Positions 9,864 to 19,565 of a stretch of DNA of 64,000 nucleotides are shown piece by piece. How positions within the stretch are numbered: the first letter of the stretch is position 1; each line of letters begins with the position of its first letter. The translations under genes and the position numbers were made by a program. This stretch comes from an uncultured Eubacteriales bacterium (GTDB taxonomy: Bacteria; Bacillota; Clostridia; Christensenellales; Aristaeellaceae), in assembly GCA_900542395.1 (NCBI GenBank), contig UQNM01000001.1, positions 863-64,862 of the forward strand, read 5' to 3'. The notes under the pieces were generated by a model. That model saw only the letters and a program-made list of their open reading frames with translations, did no database searches and was not told the origin of the DNA.

Positions 9864-11206
9864 TGTCTTTTCCTCAAAACATTCTGAACGGCTTCTTCGG
9901 CGGTTTCGCCCGTCAGCGCGCGCCGCCGCGCCGCCGCGAGCGCCTCGGCCAGTTGAGGCCCCGGCTCCATGCCCGCCGCGAGCAGCATGCCGCCGTCGGG
10001 CAGGCCGCGCGCCGCCGTCTCCTCGTAAACCCGGACGCGCCCGGTCAGAAACGCTGCTTCGCCGTCCGCGCCGCCGCTCGCGCTGCCCTTGCCCATCGTA
10101 TCGCAGACGGCCAGCAGCGCCAAATCATTCGGGCAGACGGATTCGTCAAACAGCAGGTTCGTCTCGCCCGTCTCCGCCTGCCTGTAATGGCAGACATGCG
10201 CGCGCATGTGCAGGCGGCACATGTTTTCGCAATACGCGATGATCTCGCGGTTCACGCCGAGCCGCCCCAGCATGGCGCGCGTCAGCGGTACGCCGGTGTT
10301 TTCGTGGCCGCATGCATGCCATTCGCCGTCCTCGCCCCGCGCGGTGGAGACGGCCTTGCCCAGATCGTGGGTCAGCGCCGAGAAGACGAACGCCTCCGGC
10401 CGCAACGCCCGCGCTTTTTTCTGCGCGGCGGCATGCAGCACCAGCATGCTGTGCGTGTATGCGTCGCCCTCCGGGTGATAGCGCGGCGGCTGGGGCACGC
10501 CGATGAGCGCCGCCAGCTCGCCAAACCACGGTCTGAGCGCGTCCACCCGGCGGAGCACGTCAAAAAACACATCCGGCGCGTCGCTCGCCATGGCCTTTTT
10601 CATTTCGCCCAGCACGCGCGCGGGGGAGAGCGCGTCCGTCTTCATCGTCCGCATCTTTTCAAGCGTCTTTGCATCCGGCGACAGGCGAAACCGCGCCGCA
10701 AACTGCGCGCCCCGCAGCACGCGGAGCGGATCTTCGGCAAAGCCGTCCCCCGGCACGGCGCGCAATACGCCCCGGCGCAGATCGGCCTGCCCGCCGAAGG
10801 GATCGACGATTTCCCCGGTCAGCGCATCCCGCAAAATCGCGTTGACGGTAAAATCCCGCCGCGCCGCCGCGCGCGCAAAGGGGATCGCCGGATCGAGCCG
10901 CACGTCAAAATCGCCGTGCTTCGGCCCGGTTCGCCGCTCCAGCCTCGGCACGGCCAGATCAATCCCCGCGTCCTTGAGGGAAAAAATGCCGTATCGTGCG
11001 CCGCTTTCGTCCACCTCGCCGAATTCCGCGGCCAGACTGCGCAGCGCCTGCGGCGCAAGGCCGTATACCTCGCAGTCGATATCCGCGCTCTCGCGCCCCG
11101 TCAGCGCGTCGCGCACACAGCCGCCGACCAGCATGGCGCGGCCGCCGAGCGCCTTTGCCCGCAGCGCGATTCCCCGAATCGTTTCCTGCTGAATTTCCTT
11201 CGTCAT
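9860..11206 (-). CDS. cca: CCA-adding tRNA nucleotidyltransferase with HD domain
   Basis: GGCVRD motif, DxD nucleotidyltransferase motif, HD phosphohydrolase region; ATGA overlap with the downstream gene. Confidence 0.85.
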   Translation of the reverse strand: MTKEIQQETIRGIALRAKALGGRAMLVGGCVRDALTGRESADIDCEVYGLAPQALRSLAAEFGEVDESGARYGIFSLKDAGIDLAVPRLERRTGPKHGDFDVRLDPAIPFARAAARRDFTVNAILRDALTGEIVDPFGGQADLRRGVLRAVPGDGFAEDPLRVLRGAQFAARFRLSPDAKTLEKMRTMKTDALSPARVLGEMKKAMASDAPDVFFDVLRRVDALRPWFGELAALIGVPQPPRYHPEGDAYTHSMLVLHAAAQKKARALRPEAFVFSALTHDLGKAVSTARGEDGEWHACGHENTGVPLTRAMLGRLGVNREIIAYCENMCRLHMRAHVCHYRQAETGETNLLFDESVCPNDLALLAVCDTMGKGSASGGADGEAAFLTGRVRVYEETAARGLPDGGMLLAAGMEPGPQLAEALAAARRRALTGETAEEAVQNVLRKRQ

Positions 11207-11249
11207 ACGGTCCTCTCCGTCGCTTTGGGGCGGCGCGCCGGCCGCCCGG

Positions 11250-11486
11250 TCATTCCAGCGCGCCCTGATCGCCCCGCGCGTAGGCGGCGGTGAGCACGTC
11301 GTTCATCGCGATGTGCACCGGCTTTTTTCGCCCCGCGAGCACCGCGTCAAACCCGTCCGCATCCAGATGCGTCACGCGCAGGTTGACCTTTTTCATCTGC
11401 CTGTCCGTCATCAGCACGACGCAGATTTTGCAGTCCCGCTCCAGCGAGTATTGTAAAAATCGCTCCGTCACGGCGTCTCTCTCCAT
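11250..11486 (-). CDS. small hypothetical protein (78 aa)
   Basis: Start overlaps the stop of the upstream membrane protein gene, suggesting translational coupling; no recognisable motif. Confidence 0.4.
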   Translation of the reverse strand: MERDAVTERFLQYSLERDCKICVVLMTDRQMKKVNLRVTHLDADGFDAVLAGRKKPVHIAMNDVLTAAYARGDQGALE

Positions 11487-13393
11487 CCCGCGTCGTAAAT
11501 GCGCACATCGTCGTTGGCATAGATCAGTTCATATGCTTCATCCAGCGCGTAAAGATCCACGTCGAACTCCGCGCGCTCGTAATCGCTCACGTAGATGTAA
11601 TGCACATTGTACGTTTCCAGCACATCGGCGTTCTCGCGCGGGTTTTCATAAAAGCGCCTGCAATCCGCCGATTGCTGCGAATAATCCAGCCCGTGGAAGA
11701 AGACGTACAAATCGCTGCCGCAGATAATCTGCCGCCCCGCCAGCGAGCAGACGGGGTTGATGTGCTGCTGCCCGGTCAGAAATACGTCGTCGCGGTCGGT
11801 GTTTTCCCGAATCCAGTCGCCCGCCGCAACCGCGTTGGCGGAAAAGAGCTGATAGCCGGAAACCGCCTCGCGCCCCAGCGAAAGCGCGCCGGAAAACACG
11901 CTCGCCCACAGAAACAGCCCGCAGAGCAGCGCGCGCCCCGGCAGACCGGCCAGCCGCTGCATGAGCATCGAGCCGTAATCCGCCGCGAGGATCATGGCGA
12001 ACATGAACCAGATATAAAACAGCTTGTTGTTGTCGTATTCGTTCGGCTGAAAGAGGATCGTCTCGGCGACGGCGTAGATCGCCGTCATGCCCAGCACGAT
12101 ATCCAGATTCCCCCGCTTTCGCGCGCACAGGCACGCGCAGACCGTCAGAATGAACGGCAGACCCGCGTTTTTCACCCAGAACCAGAAATAGCCGTCCTTG
12201 AGGCCGCGCCCGCCGCTGTTGTTGACCCAGTTGAACTGGAACCTCAGCGCGCCGCCCTCCAGCGTCTGCCGGACGGCGTTGCCCACGAGCTGCGGCAGCG
12301 CCAGCGCCAGCACGACGGCCAGATACAGCCCCGCGCGCAGCAGGACGCCGCACCGCTCCTCCCTGTGCTCGATGAGGTTGCCGAGCAGGTAGCCGCCGGA
12401 AAACAGCGCGAGCGCCAGAAACGTGTGCGTATGCACCAGCGGCAGCGCGGCGGCCCAGAGCGCCAGCAGCGCCGTCTGCCGATAGGATTTCTCCCGGACG
12501 GAGGAAATCAGCAGATACAGCGCCGGAATCCCCATCGCCCAGCCGCCCAGCAGCGCGCGCTGGGGGAGCATCAGATCCGCGATGACGTTTGAAAAGCGCA
12601 GGTTGAGATCGGGCTGGTTCGCCGGGGTCTTGTAATACCCGGTGAAAATCTCCCTGACGCGGGCAAAGTGATCCGCGAACGCCAGATCAAAGTCATACAG
12701 AAAGCCGAGGCCGCCGTTGAAAAAGAACAGCAGCGCCGCCACCGCGACCGCCTTGTGCCGCCCGCCGAGAATCTGCTGCGCCAGGAGCATGTAGCCCGCG
12801 TAGGTCAGCGCCATCAGCAGCGTGCCCGGCACGACGAGCGACAGGTTCAGCGGCATGCCGAGCATATAAAACGTCGTGCTCAGCGCGTCGGTCAGATACG
12901 GATAGGCGAGGCTCGTCCCCGCCAGCAGGCTGTAGCTCGGCGGAAAGCGCATGTTTTTAAGCGACGTGACAAACGACAGGTGCATGCACAAATCGCCGTA
13001 TGTCGCCTGCCCGCACCAGAGCGAGCCGTCCGAGGCGGGCATGATGTTGTGCGTATATTGCAGATAGGCCGAAAGCGCCGTCAGCGGAATCCCCACGGCG
13101 GCCATCACGGCCATCTGCCGCCTGTCCGCCGCGCTCATCCCGCAGAGCGGCGCTTTTTCCCGCGCGGCATAACAAAGCGCCGCCAGCAGCAGCGCCGCGG
13201 CGACGGCCGCGATATGCGCGGCGACGGTGAAATCCAGCGCGTTGGCGCACAGCGCCGGGAGCCCCATCTCCATCAGCACGCCCAGCGACACGCCCAGCCA
13301 CGCCCGAACGAGCGGGCTTTTCCGCGGCATGAGCCAGCGGATCATCTGCGCGCCCAGAAAACAGAACGAAAGGGTATAAGCGATTGCGATCAT
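11468..13393 (-). CDS. large polytopic membrane protein (about 12 TM plus a C-terminal soluble domain), possibly a GT-C-like glycosyltransferase
   Basis: 641 aa; hydrophobicity pattern; no confident family assignment from sequence alone. Confidence 0.55.
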   Translation of the reverse strand: MIAIAYTLSFCFLGAQMIRWLMPRKSPLVRAWLGVSLGVLMEMGLPALCANALDFTVAAHIAAVAAALLLAALCYAAREKAPLCGMSAADRRQMAVMAAVGIPLTALSAYLQYTHNIMPASDGSLWCGQATYGDLCMHLSFVTSLKNMRFPPSYSLLAGTSLAYPYLTDALSTTFYMLGMPLNLSLVVPGTLLMALTYAGYMLLAQQILGGRHKAVAVAALLFFFNGGLGFLYDFDLAFADHFARVREIFTGYYKTPANQPDLNLRFSNVIADLMLPQRALLGGWAMGIPALYLLISSVREKSYRQTALLALWAAALPLVHTHTFLALALFSGGYLLGNLIEHREERCGVLLRAGLYLAVVLALALPQLVGNAVRQTLEGGALRFQFNWVNNSGGRGLKDGYFWFWVKNAGLPFILTVCACLCARKRGNLDIVLGMTAIYAVAETILFQPNEYDNNKLFYIWFMFAMILAADYGSMLMQRLAGLPGRALLCGLFLWASVFSGALSLGREAVSGYQLFSANAVAAGDWIRENTDRDDVFLTGQQHINPVCSLAGRQIICGSDLYVFFHGLDYSQQSADCRRFYENPRENADVLETYNVHYIYVSDYERAEFDVDLYALDEAYELIYANDDVRIYDAGWRETP

Positions 13394-13399
13394 GGTTCC

Positions 13400-13921
13400 T
13401 CACTGCACCTGTTTGGTGGAATCATCCGTAATGACGGTGAAGCCCGCCTGCCTGCGGCGGCGGTGGCCGCCCGTCTCCGGGGGCTTGGGCGCGGGCTTGA
13501 CGACCGGCATGCGGCGCGTCTGCCCCAGCGCGTCGGCAAAATCGCCCTCGGGCGCGGCCTCGGTCTGCCGCTGCGCGTCGCGCTGCATGGCCACCAGATC
13601 ATCCACCGCCTGACGGCGGCGCTGCTTTTCGCTCTTTTCCGCGCGGATGCGGCGTGCGGCGGCCTCCGTGCAGATGGCCTGCCCGATGAGCTGCAAATAC
13701 ATGCGCCGCGCGCTGAGCGCCAGCAGCGCATCCGTCGCGACCGCCAGCGCGAGCAGCAGCGGCACGGCGGGCAGCCACATCATGCCCAGATACACCGCCA
13801 GCGCAAGCAGCAGCAGCGTGCCGACCGCGCCCATGACGAAATAAGCGTTTCTTGTCCTCTTCGCCTGCCTGCGAAGCGCAATGGCCGTCCTGTTGGTCAG
13901 CCGAATCGCGTTGCTTTCCAT
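13400..13921 (-). CDS. hypothetical membrane protein
   Basis: GGAGG RBS before ATG at 13921; two TM segments followed by a charged C-terminus. Confidence 0.5.
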   Translation of the reverse strand: MESNAIRLTNRTAIALRRQAKRTRNAYFVMGAVGTLLLLALAVYLGMMWLPAVPLLLALAVATDALLALSARRMYLQLIGQAICTEAAARRIRAEKSEKQRRRQAVDDLVAMQRDAQRQTEAAPEGDFADALGQTRRMPVVKPAPKPPETGGHRRRRQAGFTVITDDSTKQVQ

Positions 13922-13934
13922 AAACGGGCCTCCG

Positions 13935-14621
13935 TTATGCTCCAAGGATGGAGAGAATCAGCTTGCTGTCAAACAGCGGCGCAAGGCGCGACGCATTCAA
14001 AATGTCCGTGAGCTGCTGCACCGGCACGACCGCCTGAATGATCGGCACGAGCGCAAAGAGGATGAACAGCAGCAGCACGCCGCGCGCCAGCCCGAACACG
14101 CCGCCCATCAGCGCGTCCAGATGGCGCAGCACCGGCAGCTCGAACACATAGCAAATCAGGTGGATGACGAACGTCGCGACGATATAGCAGCCCAGAAAGC
14201 AGATCAGAAAGCTGAGGATCGAGAGCGAAACGTTGACGATCGTCTGGCTCAGCAGCGTGGCCATCGTGGTCGCGCCCGGCGCGGTGTTGACCGCGTTGAT
14301 GAACGCCGCCTGAAACTGCTCGGGGAGCTGCGCGCCGGCCATGATCTGCGTCAGCGCGCCCTGCGTCACCTGCGACACGGTAAGCAGGGAGAGATCCAGA
14401 TCCTTGATGCGGCTGCCCGCGTCGGTGTAATACATCAGCGTATTGACCAGCGTGTCGTTGCCCTGGAGCCACGCCGCCAGCGACGGGCTGACGGCGAAGG
14501 CCGCCGCCGCCGCGCCGATGAGCGCCGCCACGCTGAGCACCCCGCTGATAAAGCCGCGGTACAGGCCGAAGATCAGGCTGACCCCCAGCACCGCCAGAAT
14601 CAGAATGTCGATGATGTTCAT
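13935..14621 (-). CDS. cvpA: CvpA family membrane protein
   Basis: CvpA-like TM topology; GGGAGGAAG RBS before MNIIDIL. Confidence 0.7.
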   Translation of the reverse strand: MNIIDILILAVLGVSLIFGLYRGFISGVLSVAALIGAAAAAFAVSPSLAAWLQGNDTLVNTLMYYTDAGSRIKDLDLSLLTVSQVTQGALTQIMAGAQLPEQFQAAFINAVNTAPGATTMATLLSQTIVNVSLSILSFLICFLGCYIVATFVIHLICYVFELPVLRHLDALMGGVFGLARGVLLLFILFALVPIIQAVVPVQQLTDILNASRLAPLFDSKLILSILGA

Positions 14622-14634
14622 GGTTCTTCCTCCC

Positions 14635-15843
14635 TTAGGTCGGCAGCTCGACGACGTAGATTTCCGAGCCGGAGGCAACCACCGCGCGGTTGTCGTTCAT
14701 CATGCCCAGCACGGCCGTCACGTTGATGGGCAGGGCATAGGTGCGGAAGGTCGTATCGCCGAAGCTGCACGCATAGACCGCGTTCTGCGAGAAGCCGTAA
14801 ACCGACTTCGTGCCCAGCTTCGCGGCGATGCAGGCGCTGGGCAGGTGGATCACGCGGTCGATGCCGCCGTACACCAGACGCACGTTCGCGATGCTGATGC
14901 CCTCGCTCTGCTCCTGCGCGGGCACCAGGAGCTGATAGACCGTATTGCCGCTGCGGCTGACGTCCTCGACCGTGTAGCCGTAGATCAGCGTCGGGCTGCT
15001 CGCCTCCAGCGCGCGGTAGCTGTAATGCAGAATCTGGCGGGTGGTGACGACGTTGAGCGTGCCGTTGTCATCGTAGATCGAATAGGCGATGTGCTCGCCG
15101 ATGGAGCTTTTGCCGGTGGAGAGCTTGCCGGGCTGGAAGGTTTGCAGCTCGGTGGAGAGCACCGTGCCGGTGGTGTTGAGCCCCAGCATCCACATCAGCT
15201 CGGTGGGCTGCGTGTTGTTGGCCGTGGAGGCCATGAAGAAGCCGATATCCAGCAGCGTCTGGTTGGATACCGTGATGTTGTCTACGATCTGGCCGCTGCT
15301 GTTGATGACGGAAACCACGCCGTTGTCCGCCTCGCCGACGAACACCGCCACATACTCGTCGCCTGCGCTGGCGAACTGAACGGTGTCGCTCATCTTGTTG
15401 TTGTAGATGAGGCGGCCCCTGTTGTTGAGGATGTACAGGTCGTTGCCCGACCATGCGACGATGCGCTTTTCGGTCGCGTCGTAGTCGGCGTTGGTGCCGA
15501 TCTGATAGCTCCACTCGTTGCCGCCGGTCGCCGCGACGCAGTGCAGCGTCGTGCCGTCATAAAAAATCACGCTGTCGCCGAAGGGCGACACGTTTTGGCT
15601 GAGCGTCGCGCCGATGCGCGTCACGCGGCCGACGCCCTCGCGCGTCGAGCCAGTCAGCGCATAGATGACGCACACGATCAGCACCCCGATGAGCGCGAAG
15701 ATCAGGATCGCCATGCGGATTCTGCTCTGTATGGTGTTCTTCTTTTTATTTTTCTTCTTTTTTTGATCGTCATTCATCCCGTAGGCGTTAAACGTGGCGT
15801 TTGCGCCGGTGAGATAGGTGACGCGCCGATTTTTTCGATCCAT
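14635..15843 (-). CDS. hypothetical membrane-anchored extracytoplasmic protein (N-terminal Lys-rich tail, one TM, large N/S/T-rich ectodomain)
   Basis: 402-aa ORF with coding-like composition; promoter region contains the DnaA-box cluster. Confidence 0.55.
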   Translation of the reverse strand: MDRKNRRVTYLTGANATFNAYGMNDDQKKKKNKKKNTIQSRIRMAILIFALIGVLIVCVIYALTGSTREGVGRVTRIGATLSQNVSPFGDSVIFYDGTTLHCVAATGGNEWSYQIGTNADYDATEKRIVAWSGNDLYILNNRGRLIYNNKMSDTVQFASAGDEYVAVFVGEADNGVVSVINSSGQIVDNITVSNQTLLDIGFFMASTANNTQPTELMWMLGLNTTGTVLSTELQTFQPGKLSTGKSSIGEHIAYSIYDDNGTLNVVTTRQILHYSYRALEASSPTLIYGYTVEDVSRSGNTVYQLLVPAQEQSEGISIANVRLVYGGIDRVIHLPSACIAAKLGTKSVYGFSQNAVYACSFGDTTFRTYALPINVTAVLGMMNDNRAVVASGSEIYVVELPT

Positions 15844-16084
15844 GTCAGCATCCTTTCACGAAAGGAGAACGCCGGGCTGCCGCCCGAACTGTTTTTTTGG
15901 GCAGGCCCCGCCGTATTTTCCGCTTTTCCACTTTTGGAAAACCCACAGCGGCGCGCGCGTTTTCTTTTGGGCATTTTACGCCCTAAAAGCCAAAACCCAA
16001 AAGACTTTTGGCGCGCGTCCCGTTCTCCGGCCGCGGCCGCCGTTTTTGGGTTTTCCTCGGCTTCTCCGCAAGTTATCAACAGAC

Positions 16085-16136
16085 TTATCCACACTTCTGT
16101 GGATATTGTGGATAAATTGTGGACGAGTGTGGATAA
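16085..16136. promoter_or_regulatory. Cluster of five DnaA boxes (TTATCCACA, TGTGGATAT, TGTGGATAA, TGTGGACGA, TGTGGATAA)
   Basis: Direct matches to the TTATCCACA consensus in both orientations within 52 bp; located downstream of recF and upstream of the 15843 gene. Confidence 0.8.
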
Positions 16137-16198
16137 CTCGGGGATAAGTCCGTTTTTTGCTGTTTTTACACGATTTTGGGCGATTCCCCAAAAGTCGC

Positions 16199-17296
16199 TC
16201 ATTCCCGCGTCAGCACGCCGTTTTCCACGCGATAGACCGCGCCCTGCCGCGCGCCAGCCAGATCGGAGAGATCCGTGCAGGTCACAAACGTCTGCACCCG
16301 GTCGATCCGCTCGATGAGCTGCCGCCTGCGGCTGGGATCCAGCTCGCTCATCACGTCGTCCAGCATCAGAATCGGCGCTTCGCCGCTTTCCGCGCCGGCC
16401 AGCTCGAGCTGCGCCAGCTTGAGGGAGAGCACCGCGCTGCGCTGCTGCCCCTGCGAGGCGAACGTGCGCGCCTCTTTGCCGTCGATGGTGATGGCAATAT
16501 CGTCCCGGTGAATGCCCACGGTCGTCGTCATCCGCCGAAGATCCTCGCTCCGCGCCCGCGAAAGCCTCGCCAAAAGCGCCTCGTAGGCGTCCGGCGCGTC
16601 CGCGACCTGCGAAACATAGCGCAATCGCAGCTCCTCACGCCCGCCGGTCAGCGACAGATGCGCCGCGCACGCAAGCTCGTCGAGCCTGCCCACTGCCTCG
16701 CGCCGGTTTTCACAGATCACCGCGCCCACGCGCGCGAGCTGCTCGTCCCACATGTCCAGCGTCGGCAGCAGCGACGGGTTTCTCGCGATGTCCTTGAGCA
16801 GCGCGTTGCGCTGGTTGAGCGTGCGCACGGCGCGCTGAAGCGCGTAAAAATACGCCGGCCGGAGCTGCGAGAGCTGCATATCCATAAACCGCCGCCGCTC
16901 CGCCGGCCCGTCCTTGACGATTTGCAGGTCTTCCGGCGAAAACAGCACGCCGCAGACGTGGCCGAGCAGCTCGCCGATGCGTTCCGCCTGCCTTAGGCCG
17001 ATGCGCACGGTCTTTTTCTTCCGCTGGGTGCGGCTGAGCACCACGGCAACCTCGTGCGTGCCGTCCCGCTGCGCGGTTTTGACCGTCACGCGCGCGCTGT
17101 CCCGCCCCCACTGGATGAGCTCCTCATCGCGGGAGGTTCGGTGGCTTTTGCCCAGACAGCACAGGTGCAGCGCCTCCAGGACGTTTGTTTTTCCCTGCGC
17201 GTTCGGGCCGGTGAACACGGTCACGCCCGCGTCCGGCTCGATGAGCGCGCGTTCGTAATTCCTGAAATGGCTCAGGCTGAGCGACGTCACCCGCAT
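16199..17296 (-). CDS. recF: DNA replication and repair protein RecF
   Basis: Walker A GPNAQGKTN; RecF signature over the full length. Confidence 0.9.
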   Translation of the reverse strand: MRVTSLSLSHFRNYERALIEPDAGVTVFTGPNAQGKTNVLEALHLCCLGKSHRTSRDEELIQWGRDSARVTVKTAQRDGTHEVAVVLSRTQRKKKTVRIGLRQAERIGELLGHVCGVLFSPEDLQIVKDGPAERRRFMDMQLSQLRPAYFYALQRAVRTLNQRNALLKDIARNPSLLPTLDMWDEQLARVGAVICENRREAVGRLDELACAAHLSLTGGREELRLRYVSQVADAPDAYEALLARLSRARSEDLRRMTTTVGIHRDDIAITIDGKEARTFASQGQQRSAVLSLKLAQLELAGAESGEAPILMLDDVMSELDPSRRRQLIERIDRVQTFVTCTDLSDLAGARQGAVYRVENGVLTRE

Positions 17297-17302
17297 CGGC
17301 GC

Positions 17303-18406
17303 TTATGCGTTGAACACGCGAACCGGGAGCACCAGATACAGATAGCTGTCCCCCTCCACCGGGCAGACCACGCATGGGCTGACGTTGGAGTTGAAGCGCA
17401 TCACAATCCGGTCGTCGGAAAGCGCCTTGAGCACGTCGGTGATGTAGCGCACGTTGAAGGCGATCGTCAGATCCTTGCCCTCGGTGATGACCTGCATCTT
17501 TTCCTCCATGTCGCCCGTCTCCGAGTTGGAGCTGACCTCCAGCGTCTCGCCGTCGAGCTTGAAGCAGACCAGGTTCGATTTGCCCTCGCGGGCGATCAGG
17601 CTCGCGCGGTCGATGGCGCTGCCCAGCTCGGCGCGCTCGACCGTCACGCGGGTCTGCCATTCCTCCGGCAGAATCTGGCGGTAGCGGATAAATTCGCCCT
17701 CCAGCAGGCGCGCGACCACGCGGGTCTGGCCGATGTTCATGCGCACGTGGCTCTTGGTGAAGCACAGGGAGACGGGTTCCTCCGTATCCGCCAAAATCTT
17801 CGCAATGTCGCCCAAAACGCGGCCGCCGACGACGGCGCTGACCGGGGCGGACGGGCCGGCGACGTTCTCCTTGCGCAGCGCGAGGCGGAAGCCGTCCAGC
17901 GCGACGACGCGCATTTCGCTGGCGTTGATTTCCATCAGGCAGCCGGTCAAAATCGGACGGCTCTCATCCTGCGCGATGGCGAACAGGGTGCGGCCGATCA
18001 TATCCTTGAGCGTGTTTTGGGGGAGCTCGAAGCACTCGCCCTCGACCTGCGGCAGCTCCGGGTATTCCACCGGGTCAAAGCCGTTGATCGTGGTGCGGAC
18101 GCTCGCGCAGCGGATCGTCGCCTGCATCCGCTCGCCGATGGCGATGTCGCACGGGCCGCCCGGCAGCTTGCGGATGATTTCGCAGAGCAGCTTGCCCGGC
18201 AGAACGGCGCGGCCTTCCTCGCTGAACGTCGCGGGCAGCAGGGTTTCGATGCCCAGCGCCAGATCGGTGCAGGTGAGGCGGAGCCCTTCGTCGCAGGACT
18301 CAAACAGGATGCCTTCCAAAATCGGCTTGGTGGAGCGCACGGCCAGCGCGCGGCTGACGATGGAGAGGGCGGTATTCAGTTCGTTGGTATCGCAGATAAA
18401 ACGCAT
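17303..18406 (-). CDS. dnaN: DNA polymerase III beta sliding clamp
   Basis: MRFICD... three-domain clamp; GGAGG RBS before ATG at 18406. Confidence 0.9.
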   Translation of the reverse strand: MRFICDTNELNTALSIVSRALAVRSTKPILEGILFESCDEGLRLTCTDLALGIETLLPATFSEEGRAVLPGKLLCEIIRKLPGGPCDIAIGERMQATIRCASVRTTINGFDPVEYPELPQVEGECFELPQNTLKDMIGRTLFAIAQDESRPILTGCLMEINASEMRVVALDGFRLALRKENVAGPSAPVSAVVGGRVLGDIAKILADTEEPVSLCFTKSHVRMNIGQTRVVARLLEGEFIRYRQILPEEWQTRVTVERAELGSAIDRASLIAREGKSNLVCFKLDGETLEVSSNSETGDMEEKMQVITEGKDLTIAFNVRYITDVLKALSDDRIVMRFNSNVSPCVVCPVEGDSYLYLVLPVRVFNA

Positions 18407-18467
18407 TTTTGACAACCTCCATGGGGTAGTAGCTGTATATACGTTCAGCAGCAGGAGCCGTAGAGCG

Positions 18468-18568
18468 GTGGATAACCGGGATAAGTGCCAAAAAGCCATA
18501 CGCGGCCTGCCTTTTTTGCTGTGGATAACACTGAATAAAGCCCAAAACTATCGGCGGATTTATCCACA
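18468..18568. promoter_or_regulatory. DnaA boxes upstream of dnaN (GTGGATAAC 18468, TGTGGATAA 18520, TTATCCACA 18560), followed by an AT-rich stretch at 18700-18850
   Basis: Consensus matches; the AT-rich region resembles a DNA unwinding element (oriC dnaA-dnaN-type half). Confidence 0.7.
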
Positions 18569-18860
18569 ACGCTGTGCACAACTCGGCTCCGTCTGCCCAA
18601 AAGGGCGCTGAAACGGTATAAAAGGGCAAATTCACACCTATTCAGTATTCGCGCTGTCGGGGAAAAATCCTTCCGACGGAGGGCAAGACTTTGCCGCGCG
18701 CGTAAAAATTGAACGCGCCGCCGAACAGGGTTGAGAAAAAAGGTCGGATATGATAAACTGATAATGAAAGCGTATGTTTGATAAGCGGTGCACTTCAAAA
18801 CGCAACCTCAAATAAAATTCGAATCCCCATTTTGTCAGAAGAGAAGGAAAGGCGAGAGCA

Positions 18861-19565
18861 ATGGAAACAGTCAGAAAAACGCGGAAGCTCCCGGAGCAGG
18901 TGGCCGACAAGCTGCGGGAAATGATCATACAGGAATCGCTCAAGACGGGCGCGAAGCTCCCGGCTGAGGCGGAATTGATGGAGCGCTTCGGGGTCAGCCG
19001 CTCGACGGTGCGCGAGGCGGTCAAAATTTTGCAGACGGAGCATATCGTCGATATCCGGCAGGGGCAGGGCACGTTTTTGTGCGCCATGCCGGGGCTGGCG
19101 AGCGACCCGCTGGGGCTGCGCTTCGCCGATCAGGAGGAGCTGATCGCCCAACTGCTGGAGACGCGGCTGCTGATCGAGCCGAACGTCGCGGCGCTGGCGG
19201 CCGTCCGGCGGCAGGAAAAGCAGCTCGTCGCGATGAAGACCCTGCTGGATAAGATGGATAACGCCTATCTGCACGGCGAGGATTACACGCCGTATGATTT
19301 CGAGTTCCACAGCATGATCGCCCAATGCACCGGCAACGACGTGATGATGCGCCTGCTGCCGACGATTCACGAATCCATTCAGGCGGGCTATCACCACACC
19401 CGCCGCGTGGAGGGCAGCTATCAGCGCGCGAGCCAGTGCCATTTGGAGATGTACCGCGGGATTCTGGAGCACGACAGCGAGCGCGCGCGGCAGGCGGCGC
19501 AGCGGCACATGATGCAGACGATGCACGACTCCGGCGTGGAGGTTCCCTCGGTGCTGGTGAAATAA
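18861..19565 (+). CDS. GntR family (FadR/FCD subfamily) transcriptional regulator
   Basis: N-terminal GntR wHTH and C-terminal FCD domain. Confidence 0.85.
   Translation: METVRKTRKLPEQVADKLREMIIQESLKTGAKLPAEAELMERFGVSRSTVREAVKILQTEHIVDIRQGQGTFLCAMPGLASDPLGLRFADQEELIAQLLETRLLIEPNVAALAAVRRQEKQLVAMKTLLDKMDNAYLHGEDYTPYDFEFHSMIAQCTGNDVMMRLLPTIHESIQAGYHHTRRVEGSYQRASQCHLEMYRGILEHDSERARQAAQRHMMQTMHDSGVEVPSVLVK

Noticed and set aside
18700-18860. AT-rich stretch upstream of dnaN as the definitive DNA-unwinding element
   Set aside because: It also serves as the promoter region for the divergent gntR gene and lacks clear 13-mer repeats. Kept only as a possibility inside the DnaA-box feature.
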